NCBI GenBank assembly: GCA_951406725.2
Contig: OX597817.1
Coordinates: 45,012,001 to 45,076,000, forward strand
Direction: 5' to 3'
Length of the DNA stretch: 64,000 nt
From: Octopus vulgaris
Lineage: Eukaryota
Of the stretch, positions 27,299 to 40,600 are shown in pieces. The translations under genes and the position numbers were made by a program. How positions within the stretch are numbered: position 1 is the stretch's first letter; the number at the start of each line of letters is the position of its first letter. The notes below the pieces were generated by a model. It searched no databases. It was not told the origin of the DNA and saw only the letters and a list, made by a program, of their open reading frames with translations.

Positions 27299-28632
27299 AT
27301 TATTAGTGTTACACTTCAATGATTTATACATTGGTTAGATTTATTTCGACTTAAATTCTGAATTTTTTGAGTATTTTGTTCCAACAAAGTTGGTACCCAT
27401 AGCACTTTCCATGTTATTTATTGCTTCGAAAAATGATGTTATTCTGGTGAATGTAAGACGACAGCACATTTTCTTACATTTTTCCCAGCTGAATACTTTC
27501 ATATCACATTTCTTATAAGCGAAGGCTATACTGGTCACAGAGAATATTGTATTTTTAATAATACCCGATGAAGCGAATACTAGAGAATATTTCACATATT
27601 TTGTTTATAGAGTGTATCGGACACGGAACGAGTTAATTAGGTAGGTCGGTTTGTAGGCTCACGATTTGATATGGTCGAAAGTCAATTCAGCCTATTGTGG
27701 GGTCGGCTCAGCTTACTACTGGAGGCAAATAAGCACCCAAATCTTACACACAAACCTTCACATATACACATGTAAGCAAGTGCGTGCATATTTTCGTTTT
27801 CAATAATTGAGATACCACTCTAAGTACTAGTTTTTGTAGCAAAATATAAAGAAATATAAGCCGCCGGTCCCGTGTTTTTGGGAAGAAGAAAAAAAGCAAT
27901 TGGCTCATTTCCCTCATCTTGAAGCGCATGGAATCACAAAGACAAAATTTCTATGGGAAGAGACGGCTGCATTACTTCTGATTTTATTTAATCTCAATAT
28001 AGTAGACAAGAAGATAGTGGATTAGGAACCGAACCATTAAACTTGTGATCATATGAAGAAGAACTTAAAACAGTTGGTCATATGCCTCTCTATAGTAATA
28101 CAAGAGTACACCAATGCATGCATATACAAATATATACCGAATTGTAAGTGCACCACTCTTCACTCTCTCGTAAACAAAGCTAAGTATACAAACTCATCAA
28201 TCAATTGCATATTTGAAACGGACAAGCACATAAGCACGCATACACCTCTCTCACACAGATACCCACTCAAGTAACTTATTTATTCAAGTTTCTTTGTTAG
28301 AAGGCACACCGCCCGTGACTGAGGCAGTGATGCAGAAGAATTTAGCAACCTTGGTCGCATTCCGACTTTATATTGTGTTTCTTAATTTAAAAGACCATAA
28401 CGAATCGTAAAATAGAAAATGAACGAACAAAAGTTTGTCACAATTTTGACATTACCACATTGCATTCTCTACAATAAATAATTCGAGCAGGATTCTGCCA
28501 TTTATTTCTGAACCAGCTGACGGTCAGTTACATCTTCAGTGTTGAATCTGTGTGATAAAATTCGACATATTCTCTACGTGCTATATTTCTGTATTTTCAT
28601 CGTTAACGCACTAAACAAAAACAACAGCAGCA

Positions 28633-28634
28633 AT

Positions 28635-28665
<31 letters not shown>

Positions 28666-28950
28666 CCACCATCGTCATGGTCATCATCATCATCATCGTC
28701 ATCGTCATCGTCATCATCGTCATCATCATCATCATCAAAATCATCATCATCATTATCGTCGTGGTCATCATCATCATCATCATCATCGTCATCATCATCA
28801 TCATTATCATCACCATCATCATCTTCATCATCATCATCGACATCGTCATCGTCATCGTCATCATCATCATCATCATCATCGTCGTTGTCGTCGTGGTCAT
28901 CATCGTCGTCGTCGTCGTGGTCATCATCATCATCAACAACAGCAACAACA
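28633..28950. repeat. Degenerate (CAT/CGT)n trinucleotide microsatellite
   Basis: About 320 bp of ATC/GTC repeats, giving the poly-I, poly-M and poly-D ORFs. Confidence 0.97.
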
Positions 28951-29199
28951 ATACGGGCAGCAATCGCTACAAGAAATACAGTTACCAAGTAAGAGTAATA
29001 GTTGTTAAAGAATGCAGATAGAACTTCAACAGTATTCATAACGACTCGTGAAGGAAACCTTAGTGTGGTTTCACAATTTATTAGACATAGAAGCAACATT
29101 TATTCGAATAATACTAATCCATTCTGAGTTGTATAAGGAAGCAATGTGGACCTATATAAAGATAAAAGACAGGATAATCCCCGCTGGAAAATCATCGAC

Positions 29200-29630
29200 C
29201 GTAAGTTTCCTGGTAAAATACAGCGCTGTGGATAAACAATAAAATTCATAACGAATATTTCATCACAATCCAGTCTTCCCATCAGACAGCTAAAATTACA
29301 AGTAAGCGATATATTAAAGGCCAATATACAATATCAAAACTCATTTAATATACACAATACGCACTTGTGGAAGTCAAACATATTTGTATAAGACTTAATA
29401 AACAAAATTTAGCAAGGTGGTATATAATTCAAAGAGAAAATACCTCTACAGCTTTCAGGTGAAAATAAATTAATCCTCCTTTTGGGAGAGAGGTTGAAAC
29501 TGTAGAGAAGGATAATAGAACAAATTTGACATAAATTTACAACGATCATAGAGAGAGAAACATCTAGGTACATATATCAAGGGAAAGAATATTACAAAGT
29601 CATTAGGACTCAATAAGAACTGGAATATAT
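29200..29630 (+). pseudogene. Possible very old PLE GIY-YIG remnant
   Basis: HLIYTIRTCGSQTYLYKT at ~29341-29395, and a downstream KSLGLN resembling the terminal GLN motif; multiple stops. Confidence 0.3.
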
Positions 29631-30973
29631 CTGGTATTGACGAATTAAAATACACTCCATTCATAAAAGACAGACAAAATCCTATGATAAAACATATCTC
29701 AATAACAATCCATATAAAATTCTCTACTCATGCACAGTAAACAAGCTGGCAGAATGTTCTTACAGGAATCATAAGTGTGTGAATGGACAAACGGGAGCGG
29801 GTATATAAATAAATAGAAACACAGGTACCCATATTCATATATACTAAATACTGGTTTCAAATTTTGGCACAAGGCCAGCTATCTTGTGGGACGAGTAAGT
29901 CACTTACATCGATCCCAATGCTCGAATGTTACTTATTTAGCACGAAAGTATGAAAGGCAATGTCGACCTCGGTGGAATTTGATCTCAGAACACAAATATA
30001 CACTAAATATTTTAAAAAAAATAATCTTAAAACGAATCTAATTAAAACATCTGGATTTAGTGTGTGGTTGGCCTCAATAGCTAACTGGGTTATAAAGACC
30101 GTAGTTATAAAGTATTTTGATGTCTTTCATCCTTCAAAATTTCATCTCTTCTGAAATGTACACAATGTAATATTTGCAAGGATATTTCAAATAAAATAAC
30201 TGGGACCCTTGTTAGTAAATAGGTCGCAGAGGCATGGCGAACATTTGGACATATATATAAAATGAGAAAGAATATAACAGCATTCTGAGTTCATAAACGG
30301 TTTCAATGGAATTTTCCACAATGTAACTGCTTTCATTTTAACTGTCATTTGCCAAGCCCACACAACTTCAAAAATTACGAAAAATTTCTTTAAAACGTTT
30401 CTCTCTATAAACGTTAACTTCGGTCAAGTTTACTATGGGCTAGTTATTTCTTCTTACTATTTAAGGCCACTTCATATGCAGCGGTCTTTAACAAAACTTT
30501 GTGACTTGGTTTTCAAACTAATGGCCTCTATGGACTCATCTTAGAAAATCTGAATACGTAGGCAACATAAAACCCGAGGGAAATGTCAATATGTCGCATT
30601 CAAATACGTTATTAGCTGAAGGACCACCTCAAAATATTTTTTCAAGAGAATTTATGTAGCAATTCTTCACTTGCTTCTTGTTCTAAAACCTCGTTGACAC
30701 TTCTAGAAATATTTTACGTGACATTATTTGCCTCGCAGATATTCTTGTTTGTCTTCAGAATATACATTGTGTCGCTGAAAAAGAAAAAGAGCAATGCTTT
30801 AAATAATAGATTACTCATGTACGTACATCACGTTATCTGATGAAACCGAGTAAATAATACAATGCATAAATTGCGATAAAGACAAATTCTGTATCACGTA
30901 ACATTTGAATACGACCGAGTACGAGGATAAACGATGAGACAAAGCTGTACAGAGAGAATGTCAAAAAGAATTA

Positions 30974-31360
30974 TCTCTCTATATATAAAGCTGAACTTGT
31001 CTGTGTATGGCAGGTTTGGTAGCCTTCAACTAACACTATCTCCTCCCAGTCCCTGCGGCGCAAGTTGACCAAAATTGAGAGTCTGATAGAAGAATGCTTG
31101 TTCTTCATTCCTTACTAGATAAAATTCAAATCGGACCATGTTAATGCCAAAAATAATTTACATCAAAAAGATACTTTTTTTGCTATGAAAATCCCTCTTT
31201 TTTTACAATTTTTGACTGCTGTGTCGCCATTTTTCGGTGTATTTCCACCAGAAAAATATTCCCTTAAAGAGAATATCAAGCTAAATAATGCAAAAGTTTT
31301 ACTTTTCAAAAGTTCCAAAGGGTCGAAACAAACCCGAGCAACGCCGGGCGATGCTGCTAG
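30974..31360 (+). mobile_element. Non-autonomous Helitron-like element
   Basis: Starts A|TCTCTCTATATATAAAG. Ends with the GC hairpin CCCGAGCAACGCCGGG about 8 nt before a terminal CTAG (31357-31360). No TSD. Confidence 0.72.
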
Positions 31361-32273
31361 GATAGAATTAAAGTTACTTTAAGAGAATTGAAACCCGTGA
31401 CTATAATAACAACTATTACAACTAAGAAAAATATTTAGCTTGTTGTACATGTTAAAATTGTTTCTCGATACGATAAAAGGGATTACACGGAATGTGATTC
31501 ATTAAATAAATGTATTGAATTAGAAGGAAAGCATTTACAAGAGCATAAATCAAACAAAACCCCACAAAGCGAAATGTATTTCAATAAAATCTTTCACAGA
31601 AGGGTCTAGTTATGGAAAGTGGAGTGGTTAAAGAATCTCGTGAATGTGAATTACAAAATATTTGCCCTTTTGGGTAATTCGGTCTATGGTTCGTTTCAGT
31701 TCCATTTTTAGCAAATTAAATAAGTTACTAAGGCTCAGCTTAAATTACCCAAGTATATAGTAGATAGTCACTGTTTTCTGTTGACAATAAGAAATATCAA
31801 AGAGGAAAACAACCTTTCCACTCACACACACACACATACATACATAAACACACACACACAAATAATGATTATGATGATATTCGGAAACAAATTACATTTT
31901 ATTATTTCGTGGGAGTGTTTTGCTAATAAGTATACGTAAATCATGGAAACATACAAGTAAGCTTATCGCACATTGGTTATTCAATGTCCTTGAAAATATA
32001 GCTAAATATCCTTGAAATCGAAATATACCGTAGTAAAGGAATAAGAATAAAAGATATGATGTGGTTTTGGATAGACTGAATGGATCAGATAGTGTGGTAT
32101 CACATCGATCAGATAACGTATTATTGGATTCATACAGAGGAACTTCCGGGTTGTAATCCATGGTGAACAGTGAATGACGGAGGAATTAGATTTTATTATA
32201 CTGCTTTGTGTGTGCGTTTTGTGCGTTTATTATTCTATTTGATCGTGTTCAAAAACAATGTATAAAACTATCA

Positions 32274-32688
32274 AGACGGCGAGCTGGCAGAACCTTTAGC
32301 ACGCCGGGTAAAATGCTTTGCGGTATTTCGTCTGCCGTTACGTTCTGAGTTCAAATTCCGCCGAGGTCGACTTTGCCTTTCATCCATTCGGGGTCGATAA
32401 ATTAAGTACCATTTATGCACTTGAGTCAAAATAATCGACTTAATCCCTTTGTCTATCCTTGTTTGTCTCTCTATGTTTAGCCCCTTGTGGGCAATAAAGA
32501 AATAAGAAACGTTAGTACACAGGGCGAAGAGCTTAGCGGTATTTTGTGATTTTACGTTCTGAGTACAATTTGCGCCGAGGTCGACTTTGCCTTTCATCCG
32601 TTCAGTACCAGTTGCGTACTCGAGTCAATCTAATCGACTGGCCCCTCCCCTGAAATTTTGGGCCTTGTGCCTAGTGTAGAAAAGAATA
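32274..32688 (+). mobile_element. SINE family B, dimeric
   Basis: High similarity to 10974-11397. Confidence 0.85.
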
Positions 32689-34056
32689 TGTAAAATAATC
32701 ACACGGCACATTCAATACTGTGAGGTACGTGTAATTATAACAACTTCATAATGGATTCGTAATTAGTATGAAGTGAAAGGAAACAGATGTATTTCTGTTG
32801 CAATGTACTTGATTTGAGAACTGTTCAATTTCGTGGTATTCATTAGAAGATGTATTATGTCGGGAAAAATGTTTTTTTACATAGACGACTAAGTTGCTTG
32901 TATGAAGTATGGAACAGGTTTTTTTTTGTGTATCAGCAGTATTTCATTGTCAGCTACCCACGAATATTTCAGATGATAAGCAAGTTATCGTGTAAGAAAT
33001 ATCTGATTGCCAGAGGTCTTATGCTCGCTCTGAACTTGCTAATGTTTCATGTGTAAAGTTGCCATTTATGATTAACAATGATTCTGAGACAGCAATTTCT
33101 AGCATCTTTTAGTTGAGTATTTTTTATGAGTAAACACATAATGTAATGGTTTTGTTATTTTCTATATGTATCTGTGGATTGTCACCCGTTGAATAATAAT
33201 GCATTTATTATCTCCAATGTCGAGGATGTTTACGAGATATTTGTTGATATAAGCAATGGTGTGTTTGTCATGTGTTGATTAGCATGTGGATAATGCCATT
33301 GTGCGGAAGAACAAATAGGTGACATACGGGTTATATGTGCGTGTGATTGTGTGACGTCGTAATAGTTTGATAGTCATTCCTATAATCATCTGCCTTATGT
33401 TTTATCTGATTGCAAACGGTGATTGCCTACTTAGTCATATAATGTCTGATTTATATAGATGTTGAAGTAAGGTATTTCTTTGAGAAGAATGTTTATAGAG
33501 TCCAGGAACAACAAATTCTGTACTAAATGCCTTAATATCAAATATAGGAATATTGCTCGATATCCCATTTTCAACAGACCTTTCCACTTAGCTACAATTT
33601 ACATTTATAGCAACATGATGATAAAACATGTGATGGCTTGTCTTATGGACATTTTTCAATTCATCTTGTAAGTATCAGTGATAGTATCTGCTCTGAATTT
33701 GTTTGTGCAGATAATTCTGCTTTTTAGTGCCAAATATTTATCCAATATTTTTTCTTTTAAAGAGGTCTCCACGTTTTGGAAAGGGATCAGTTAATTATAT
33801 TTAACTTATAGGATTAGAATTTACGACAATGTTATCCATCGTAAGCAATGTGTATATATACATTCTGTTATTTGTTTCAAGTATTTGACAGCGGTCATGC
33901 AGGAGCACCGCCTTTAGTCGAACATATCCACCTCAGGACTTAGCTTTTGTAAGCCTGGTACTTATTCTCTCACTAAGTTACGGGGTCGTAAACAGACCAG
34001 CATCGGTTGTCAAGCGATGGTGGGGGACAAACAAACATACACACACACACATATAC

Positions 34057-34129
<73 letters not shown>

Positions 34130-34134
34130 TATAT

Positions 34135-34696
34135 TTATATTGTATAGAGGGCATTATTACACATAAATGCCTCACGCTAAGAGGGACATAAGTCATTACT
34201 ACCAAAATTTAACTAATCATACCCAATGCAGCTCCCGAAGCAAGACATTTAAAAAACTGAATTTAGTTCTATATCACCTGTGATTTCACAATTAACGTAT
34301 CAAATACGTATTTTGTTCATCAGTAGAACAGATTCTGAACACATCATAAATAAACAATCAACATACCTAGCGAAGCCAAACAGACATCTGCTCCCCTCGG
34401 CGAAGCACATGGAAATGTTTATTCATCATATATTCGGTAAATGGCGGGCTCTTTCGAACTGCATGTCGGTAGGAAAAGTTTTTCTTCGGAATAAATTTAA
34501 CAATTAAGGATAAAATCTTAATAAGGAATCTTAACAAGAAATTATCAGGTATTTAGCGTGAAAAACCTTATAAGAGAAAAAATTCGAAAATAATTTTTTC
34601 ACTTGAAAATATTTACTTATATTGTATAGAGGACATTATTACACATAAATGCCTCACGCTAAGAGGGGCATAAGTCATTACTACCAAAATTTAACT
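34135..34696 (-). mobile_element. Non-coding 482-bp unit with 80-bp terminal direct repeats and a hammerhead (retrozyme-like or non-autonomous PLE)
   Basis: 34135-34214 is repeated at 34617-34696 with 2 mismatches. It contains an internal HHR, has no credible ORF, and is flanked by TA sequence. Confidence 0.75.
34266..34329 (-). ncRNA. Type I hammerhead ribozyme, canonical core
   Basis: Minus strand reads GTTCTA-CTGATGA-ACAA..ACGTAT-TTG-ATACGT..TTGT-GAAATCAC-AG-GTGATA-TAGAAC. Stem I is a perfect 6 bp, stem II is two helices, stem III is ATCAC/GTGAT, and the triplet is AUA. Confidence 0.92.
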
Positions 34697-35779
34697 CAGT
34701 TCGAATGTATATATATATATACATATATACGACGGGTTTCTTTCAGTTTTCGTCTACCAAATCGACTCACAAGGCTTTGGTCGGCCCGAGGCTATAGCAG
34801 AAGAAACTTGCCCAAAGTGTCACGCAGTGCGACTAGACCTGGAACTATGTGGCTGGTAAGCAAACTACTTACCACACATCCACTCCTACGTGCACGTTTA
34901 TATATTCACATTGACATTCATATACGTTCATCGGTGTGAGTGTATGTATGGCTATATGTGGATATGTGTGTGTGTGTGTGTGTGAGTGTGTGCGTGTGTG
35001 CGTGTGTGTGTGTGTATATGTGCGTGATTATATATTCATAGTTGTCAATGTGTGTCAATGAAGTCTTTCAGTGACTGATAGATATTTTCAAATCATAGCA
35101 GAAACATGGAGAGAAATTGATGGTAGGTTACATATTAACATCCCATATTATTTCGTGTCTTTCATTCAATCTGGGTTTTCAAATAACTGTGTGTCTGAGT
35201 AGGTTATTTCGCCAATATTAGTAATACACGCACTGATTCGATATAATTTATATAATGTTAGTCAATTGATTAAATATCTAACCGACTAGTTAATCGAAAG
35301 CATGTTTAATGTGCTGGTGAAAAAAATCAATCGATTGTTACTTTGTCAAATTCCTTTCGTCGCTGTTCGCAGCATCATCAAGGGCATGCCCTCTCTCTTG
35401 AAGGTCTGCGTACTTTTTTTCTGTATGAATAATCGTGTATGAACGTCGAAATATTCCTTTGAAATATATATTAACGCAAATAGCTTTGGAAACATATCAT
35501 ATATTCTTGGTATTATCTGCATTTCGTTGAAGTCAACAACCTGGTAGCATCGATCGCACGATAAACTGCCTAGGGCCATTTTGTCAGGCTATACATTTCA
35601 GTTAAAAGTGTGATGAAGTAAGCTTTGCATTTCATCATTTCGGTGTCGATAAAACAAAATATGAGTCAAGTACTGGCATAGATGGAATCGACTGATCCAT
35701 TCCTCCAACATTTCAGAGACATGTGCGTTTAGTAGTAGCGATCATTATGCATTTGGTTCCTTAAGGAAAATATGTGACA

Positions 35780-37092
35780 CCTACACATATAGTTAACATC
35801 TACACATATAGATTCGCACACGAACGCACACATACCTCTACACATATTACCCTCCACACACACAACCTTCCACACACAATACACACTCACGCAACGCACA
35901 CACTTGCACAAATATACAAACACACACACACATACACACATACGCACAACACACAACGCACAAACATGCACACATATACACCCACGTACACACGTACACG
36001 CACATATACTGAGAGAGGGTGCAATAGAGTGACACACAAAGATAGGTACACACACATTTATTCAGAGAGAGAGAGAGAGCGACTGAATGACAAAGATAGA
36101 CACACACACACACACGCCCACACGCGTGCAAATACACGTATATAACGTTCCAACTGCGCCTACGTACACAGGCCAACAACACGCACACACACAACCGCAT
36201 TCATTCATTCACACAGCCACACCCACTCATTCACACACCCTACAGACAACGCGCCCACTCTCCAACTCACTCCCCTCTCCATCTCCCACACATAAACACA
36301 AACACACATACGCACACTCACACCCACACTTACCCATTTACACAGCCATACCCATACATTCGCACACCCTTCAGAGAACGCACCCACACTCTACTTCCCT
36401 CTTCTCTTACTCTCACGCACTTACAAACACATGCACACGCACGCCGCTCTTTCAATACATCTCAACGGTTCTAAAGCAAACTTATGAGGTCAGCGGTCAG
36501 TCATGGCGACTGGCTGGACAAAGGTAGTTGGACAGGAGAGTTAGGAAGACAGGAAGGTAATAAAGTGTACGTGATGCCAAAACTAAGGTGCGTGTGGGTG
36601 TGCGCATGTAAGAGTGTGTAAATGTGCGTGTGTTGATAGGAGCTGGTGTCTTTGACTTGTGGATGTGTGTGATTGTAAGTCTGTGAGGATGCAATGTGTG
36701 GGTGTGTGGATATGGTGTGGGTGCTTGGAAGTGGTCAGTGCTAGTGTGTGCGGGATAGTGTGAGTGGTGTGATTTTGGGGGCCTGGGATGTGGGTATATG
36801 AGTGAAGAGTGTTGTTTTGGTGTGAGGATATGTGGGTAGGGGTGGGGTACGTGGGAGTGAGATGTGTGGAGATGGGGTGTAGATGGAGAGGGCATTGATG
36901 AAGGGAGAAGGTGGGTATGAGTGAAGAGAGGAAGCAGGTGTCAGATAAAGAGAAGAAACGAGTGAGATGACGAGGGGATGGGGAGTTGAGCCCATGTGGG
37001 GCAAAGGAGCGAAGACAGAAGATTAACTCCTATTCATTGCAAAGAGGGGACTCCGGTGGTCCCCTGCGCAAAGACAATCCTATATAAATAGA
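35780..37092. repeat. Low-complexity domain: CA-rich (35780-36460) switching to GT/GA-rich (36570-37010)
   Basis: Sharp strand-asymmetry flip around 36480-36540. Confidence 0.7.
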
Positions 37093-37525
37093 TACAGAGA
37101 GAAAGAGACAATGAGTGATGTAGACATGTGGGTGTATATATCAAGTCAATATTATTTGTTTATATATGCAGTTACAAATACATGCATGTGCGTGCGAGCG
37201 TGTTTGTATGTGCGTGTTTGTATATGTAGTTAATTTGGCGGATATAACTCCACAATTAACCGCATGTTTAATCTTTACTCCGGAAAAGGATCATGCGAAC
37301 GAATGCCGATTGCACCATTTTCATATGTTCGTATGTATATGTATGCACGCACATACACACACTCACACACACCCACACCACAGAAACATAGGCACACACA
37401 CAGATGTATTTAATGCACTATATATTTTTACATATAATATATGTATATATATATAAAATAACAAATGAGTAACTGCTCTATACTTTATAGGGTATGCTCT
37501 TCTCCAGATTTATGATATTGTAACG

Positions 37526-37584
<59 letters not shown>

Positions 37585-37634
37585 TTATAAATGTACACAT
37601 ATATGTATCTGTAATATATAATTATTTATCTACT

Positions 37635-37682
<48 letters not shown>

Positions 37683-40600
37683 AACAGCCACACATGTATA
37701 TGCGTGTGTATAGTTAATTTTCCTTTTGATTGTGTATGTTTTTATACATGCGAGTTTTATAGTTATTTGTAAACATGTGCGTCTCCCTTTTAAGTGTCGA
37801 CAGGCATATATTTAGAACAGCACAATTTTAAAAGTAAATATATTTTGAATATATTTCACTATTGTCTTTAATGCGTGTATTTCTAATTTGGTCATAACGA
37901 AGTAACAAATTATAATTCTCCATAATAAAATGGTCAATCAGATGCGAAGTTATAATGAGTAATTATTTCAATGGTATTTTATCTCTGTAATTTTGTTTGA
38001 AAATATGAATACATTGTTAGCAAATATCAATACTAAAGAATAAATTGGAAATTTTTAATCGATATACATTTGTTTCATTAGGAAAGATATGGAAATATAT
38101 TTGTAATAACGTTATATATGATATTTGATTATATTCCTATATTCAGGCACGATATTCATCCATAAATGCAATTGAAATTTAAAGTACAGATATGTTAATG
38201 GGAATCCGTTGGTTTCTTCTACCGAATAAAAAAGCTTACTAAATTATATAGCATGTGAGCAGTTGAGTAACTTAATAATCAGGCAGAATTGCCTCCGCGC
38301 TGTCTGAGATAAAGGCGTACATTTGAACTACATGGACTCTTATTCCGATGGACTACATTCGAAAGGATCTGCATTTACCAAACTTTCACAGAAAGACTGC
38401 ATGGGCTGTTTAGAGATTGACATAGGAATATTTAGATGAAAATTTGGCGGATCGAACCTTGTAAATTATGATTACAAGAAGAAATTCTTAACTACGCGGT
38501 TACGCCTGTTATTTTGCTTGGCTACGTTTCTCTTTATACGAGCACATTATTTTTTTCGCGCATGCATTTAGACACACACACACATAAACACACATACACA
38601 AACACGCACATACCCACACACAAACACACTTACAGAAAACACACGCGCGCATACATACATATATGCACACACACACACACACACGCACACGCACACAAGT
38701 GTGTGTATGTGTGTACGGAGTCTCAGCTAAGAATACTAATCAAAATATTTTGGAAGTATTTTCAGCTCTAATGCTGTCCGTCAAATATAATATAATGAAT
38801 ATATTTGCAAAATATATGCGTTATACTGCTGAGATGTACAAGGTGAACAGTGAAACCATTGTAATTGATAAGACCATTGATATTTGAAAGAAGAACCTTT
38901 TACTTTGTTTAACTGAGAGCGTTTAACAATTGTAATTAGCTTTTCAGGTTATGGAATTATGCGTAATTACAAGGACAAGTTTGGTGAAAGGGAACGGTTG
39001 ACCAGGGAGCGTCTGTTGCTGGAATTGTTCTTTATTTTATTACATCAGCTGGATGCAAAACAGGGCTGATCTCTCCGCAATTCGAACTAAGAATGTAAAG
39101 TGTCTGAACAAATACAGTAATCATTCAAACACCACTAACAAATTTCATATGTACTTAGATACTTACTACTACTAAGTAATTGAAAAGACATTTTTCTTAT
39201 ATGAAACTTGGCAAATTATATTTGAGATTATGTAAGTGTGATACGTGAATGCCCTTATCTAAGACTAGCATATCCTCGGTGAAGTGTATAGGAATCAAAC
39301 GAAAACTACAGTAGCTTCGTAAAATAGGATTCTCCGGAATATTGGAGTTATCCTACCGCACTAACCATAGAACTGTACCATATTATACATCGGGGGGACG
39401 TTTTGGTGCTTCAGAACCTCTTCTTGGTATTCTAATTGTTTCAAATTATTTTTTTAAGGCTGCAGTATTTTATATCAAAACTGTATGAGAGCACACGACT
39501 CTATAGCCTTTTATAAAATTAATTTTCCACGTACACAACGACTAAGCTACCACATGGTAATTAAATTGTCAGCAAAGTAGAAGATGGCTACACTTGGGGT
39601 CGTGATGTATGCGAATCTGTGACATAGAACGGTCAACGTCAGTTCCACAAATATAAGCACCCATTAAGTAACATAATTAGGAAACTAATAACGATTAACA
39701 CTATCGTAGCAGTTGTGGTGACGTCAGTGAATGTTCCTTATCCAAACATAAAGAAAATATATAAATGAATATAAAGAATTTCGAAGTATGAATTTAAAAA
39801 GAAAACTGTAGAAATTTGTTTGGATTCAGAAACATTATATGCGATTTTCTTGTAATATTTCTGAAGATATTTCAAGCGTAGATGGATTAAATTAAGTTGG
39901 TTTTATCGTTGATTTTATCACGATATTTGTTATTGAGGTTGTTGTGGTTGTTGACATATTTATATGTGTATATATTTTTATTTTGCTCACTTTTTAGAGA
40001 TATCGTCTTAATACTAATGGTATATTATTGGAAGATCACAGAAATGTTTAATCAATGGAACATTCAGTGGAATCATTCCTCGTCTCCATTTGTGAAACTT
40101 TCTTAGAAGGATTAGAATTTTCGATCGTTGCAAATAAAATCGATAAACAGTTTAGAACTGATATGACACGAAATAACAAACGAAAAAAAACAAAAACACA
40201 AACAAACAAAAGAAGAAAGGAAATACAAATGAGACGTAATTAAATAACAGAACAGTGCGTTATATTTTTTGTTTGTTTTCATCTCAAATAATGATTTTTT
40301 AAAAATTTTGCATTCATTTTCAATAAAGTTACCAAAGAAATATTGGTCATCATAATTGAATATTGTTAATGACAATGATGTTCAATTAATTAAGGATTTT
40401 AATTAGTTACTGCTCCATAATTAGCTGATATTCTGTCGATGATATTTCTAAATGACAAAATTGATGCGTTCTATGAAGTTTCGAGTAAAATGTTAGAATA
40501 TCCTTCATTGCGTGGTTACATAACTTACAGTGACTTCGTACAACCAACTTGAATAAACAGCATAGAACTGTCGTTTTTTGGTAATTTATTGCTACGAAAA

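Larger units (their letters stand above)
33865..34890 (-). mobile_element. SINE family A interrupted by the 34135-34707 element
   Basis: Tail at 33865-34050 and head at 34730-34890, both reverse-complement homologous to 17010-17495. Confidence 0.82.

Noticed and set aside
27341-27595. SAMGT resembling PLE RT motif B
   Set aside because: Single short match with no neighbouring RT motifs recognisable.
28539-29099. Poly-Ile, poly-Met and poly-Asp ORFs
   Set aside because: Alternative frames of a (CAT)n microsatellite, with no flanking coding context.
37043-37066. RGDSGGPL trypsin-like catalytic motif
   Set aside because: No upstream Cys in frame, a stop 7 codons later and no downstream protease motifs; better explained by the AGGGGAC/GTCCCCT hairpin.
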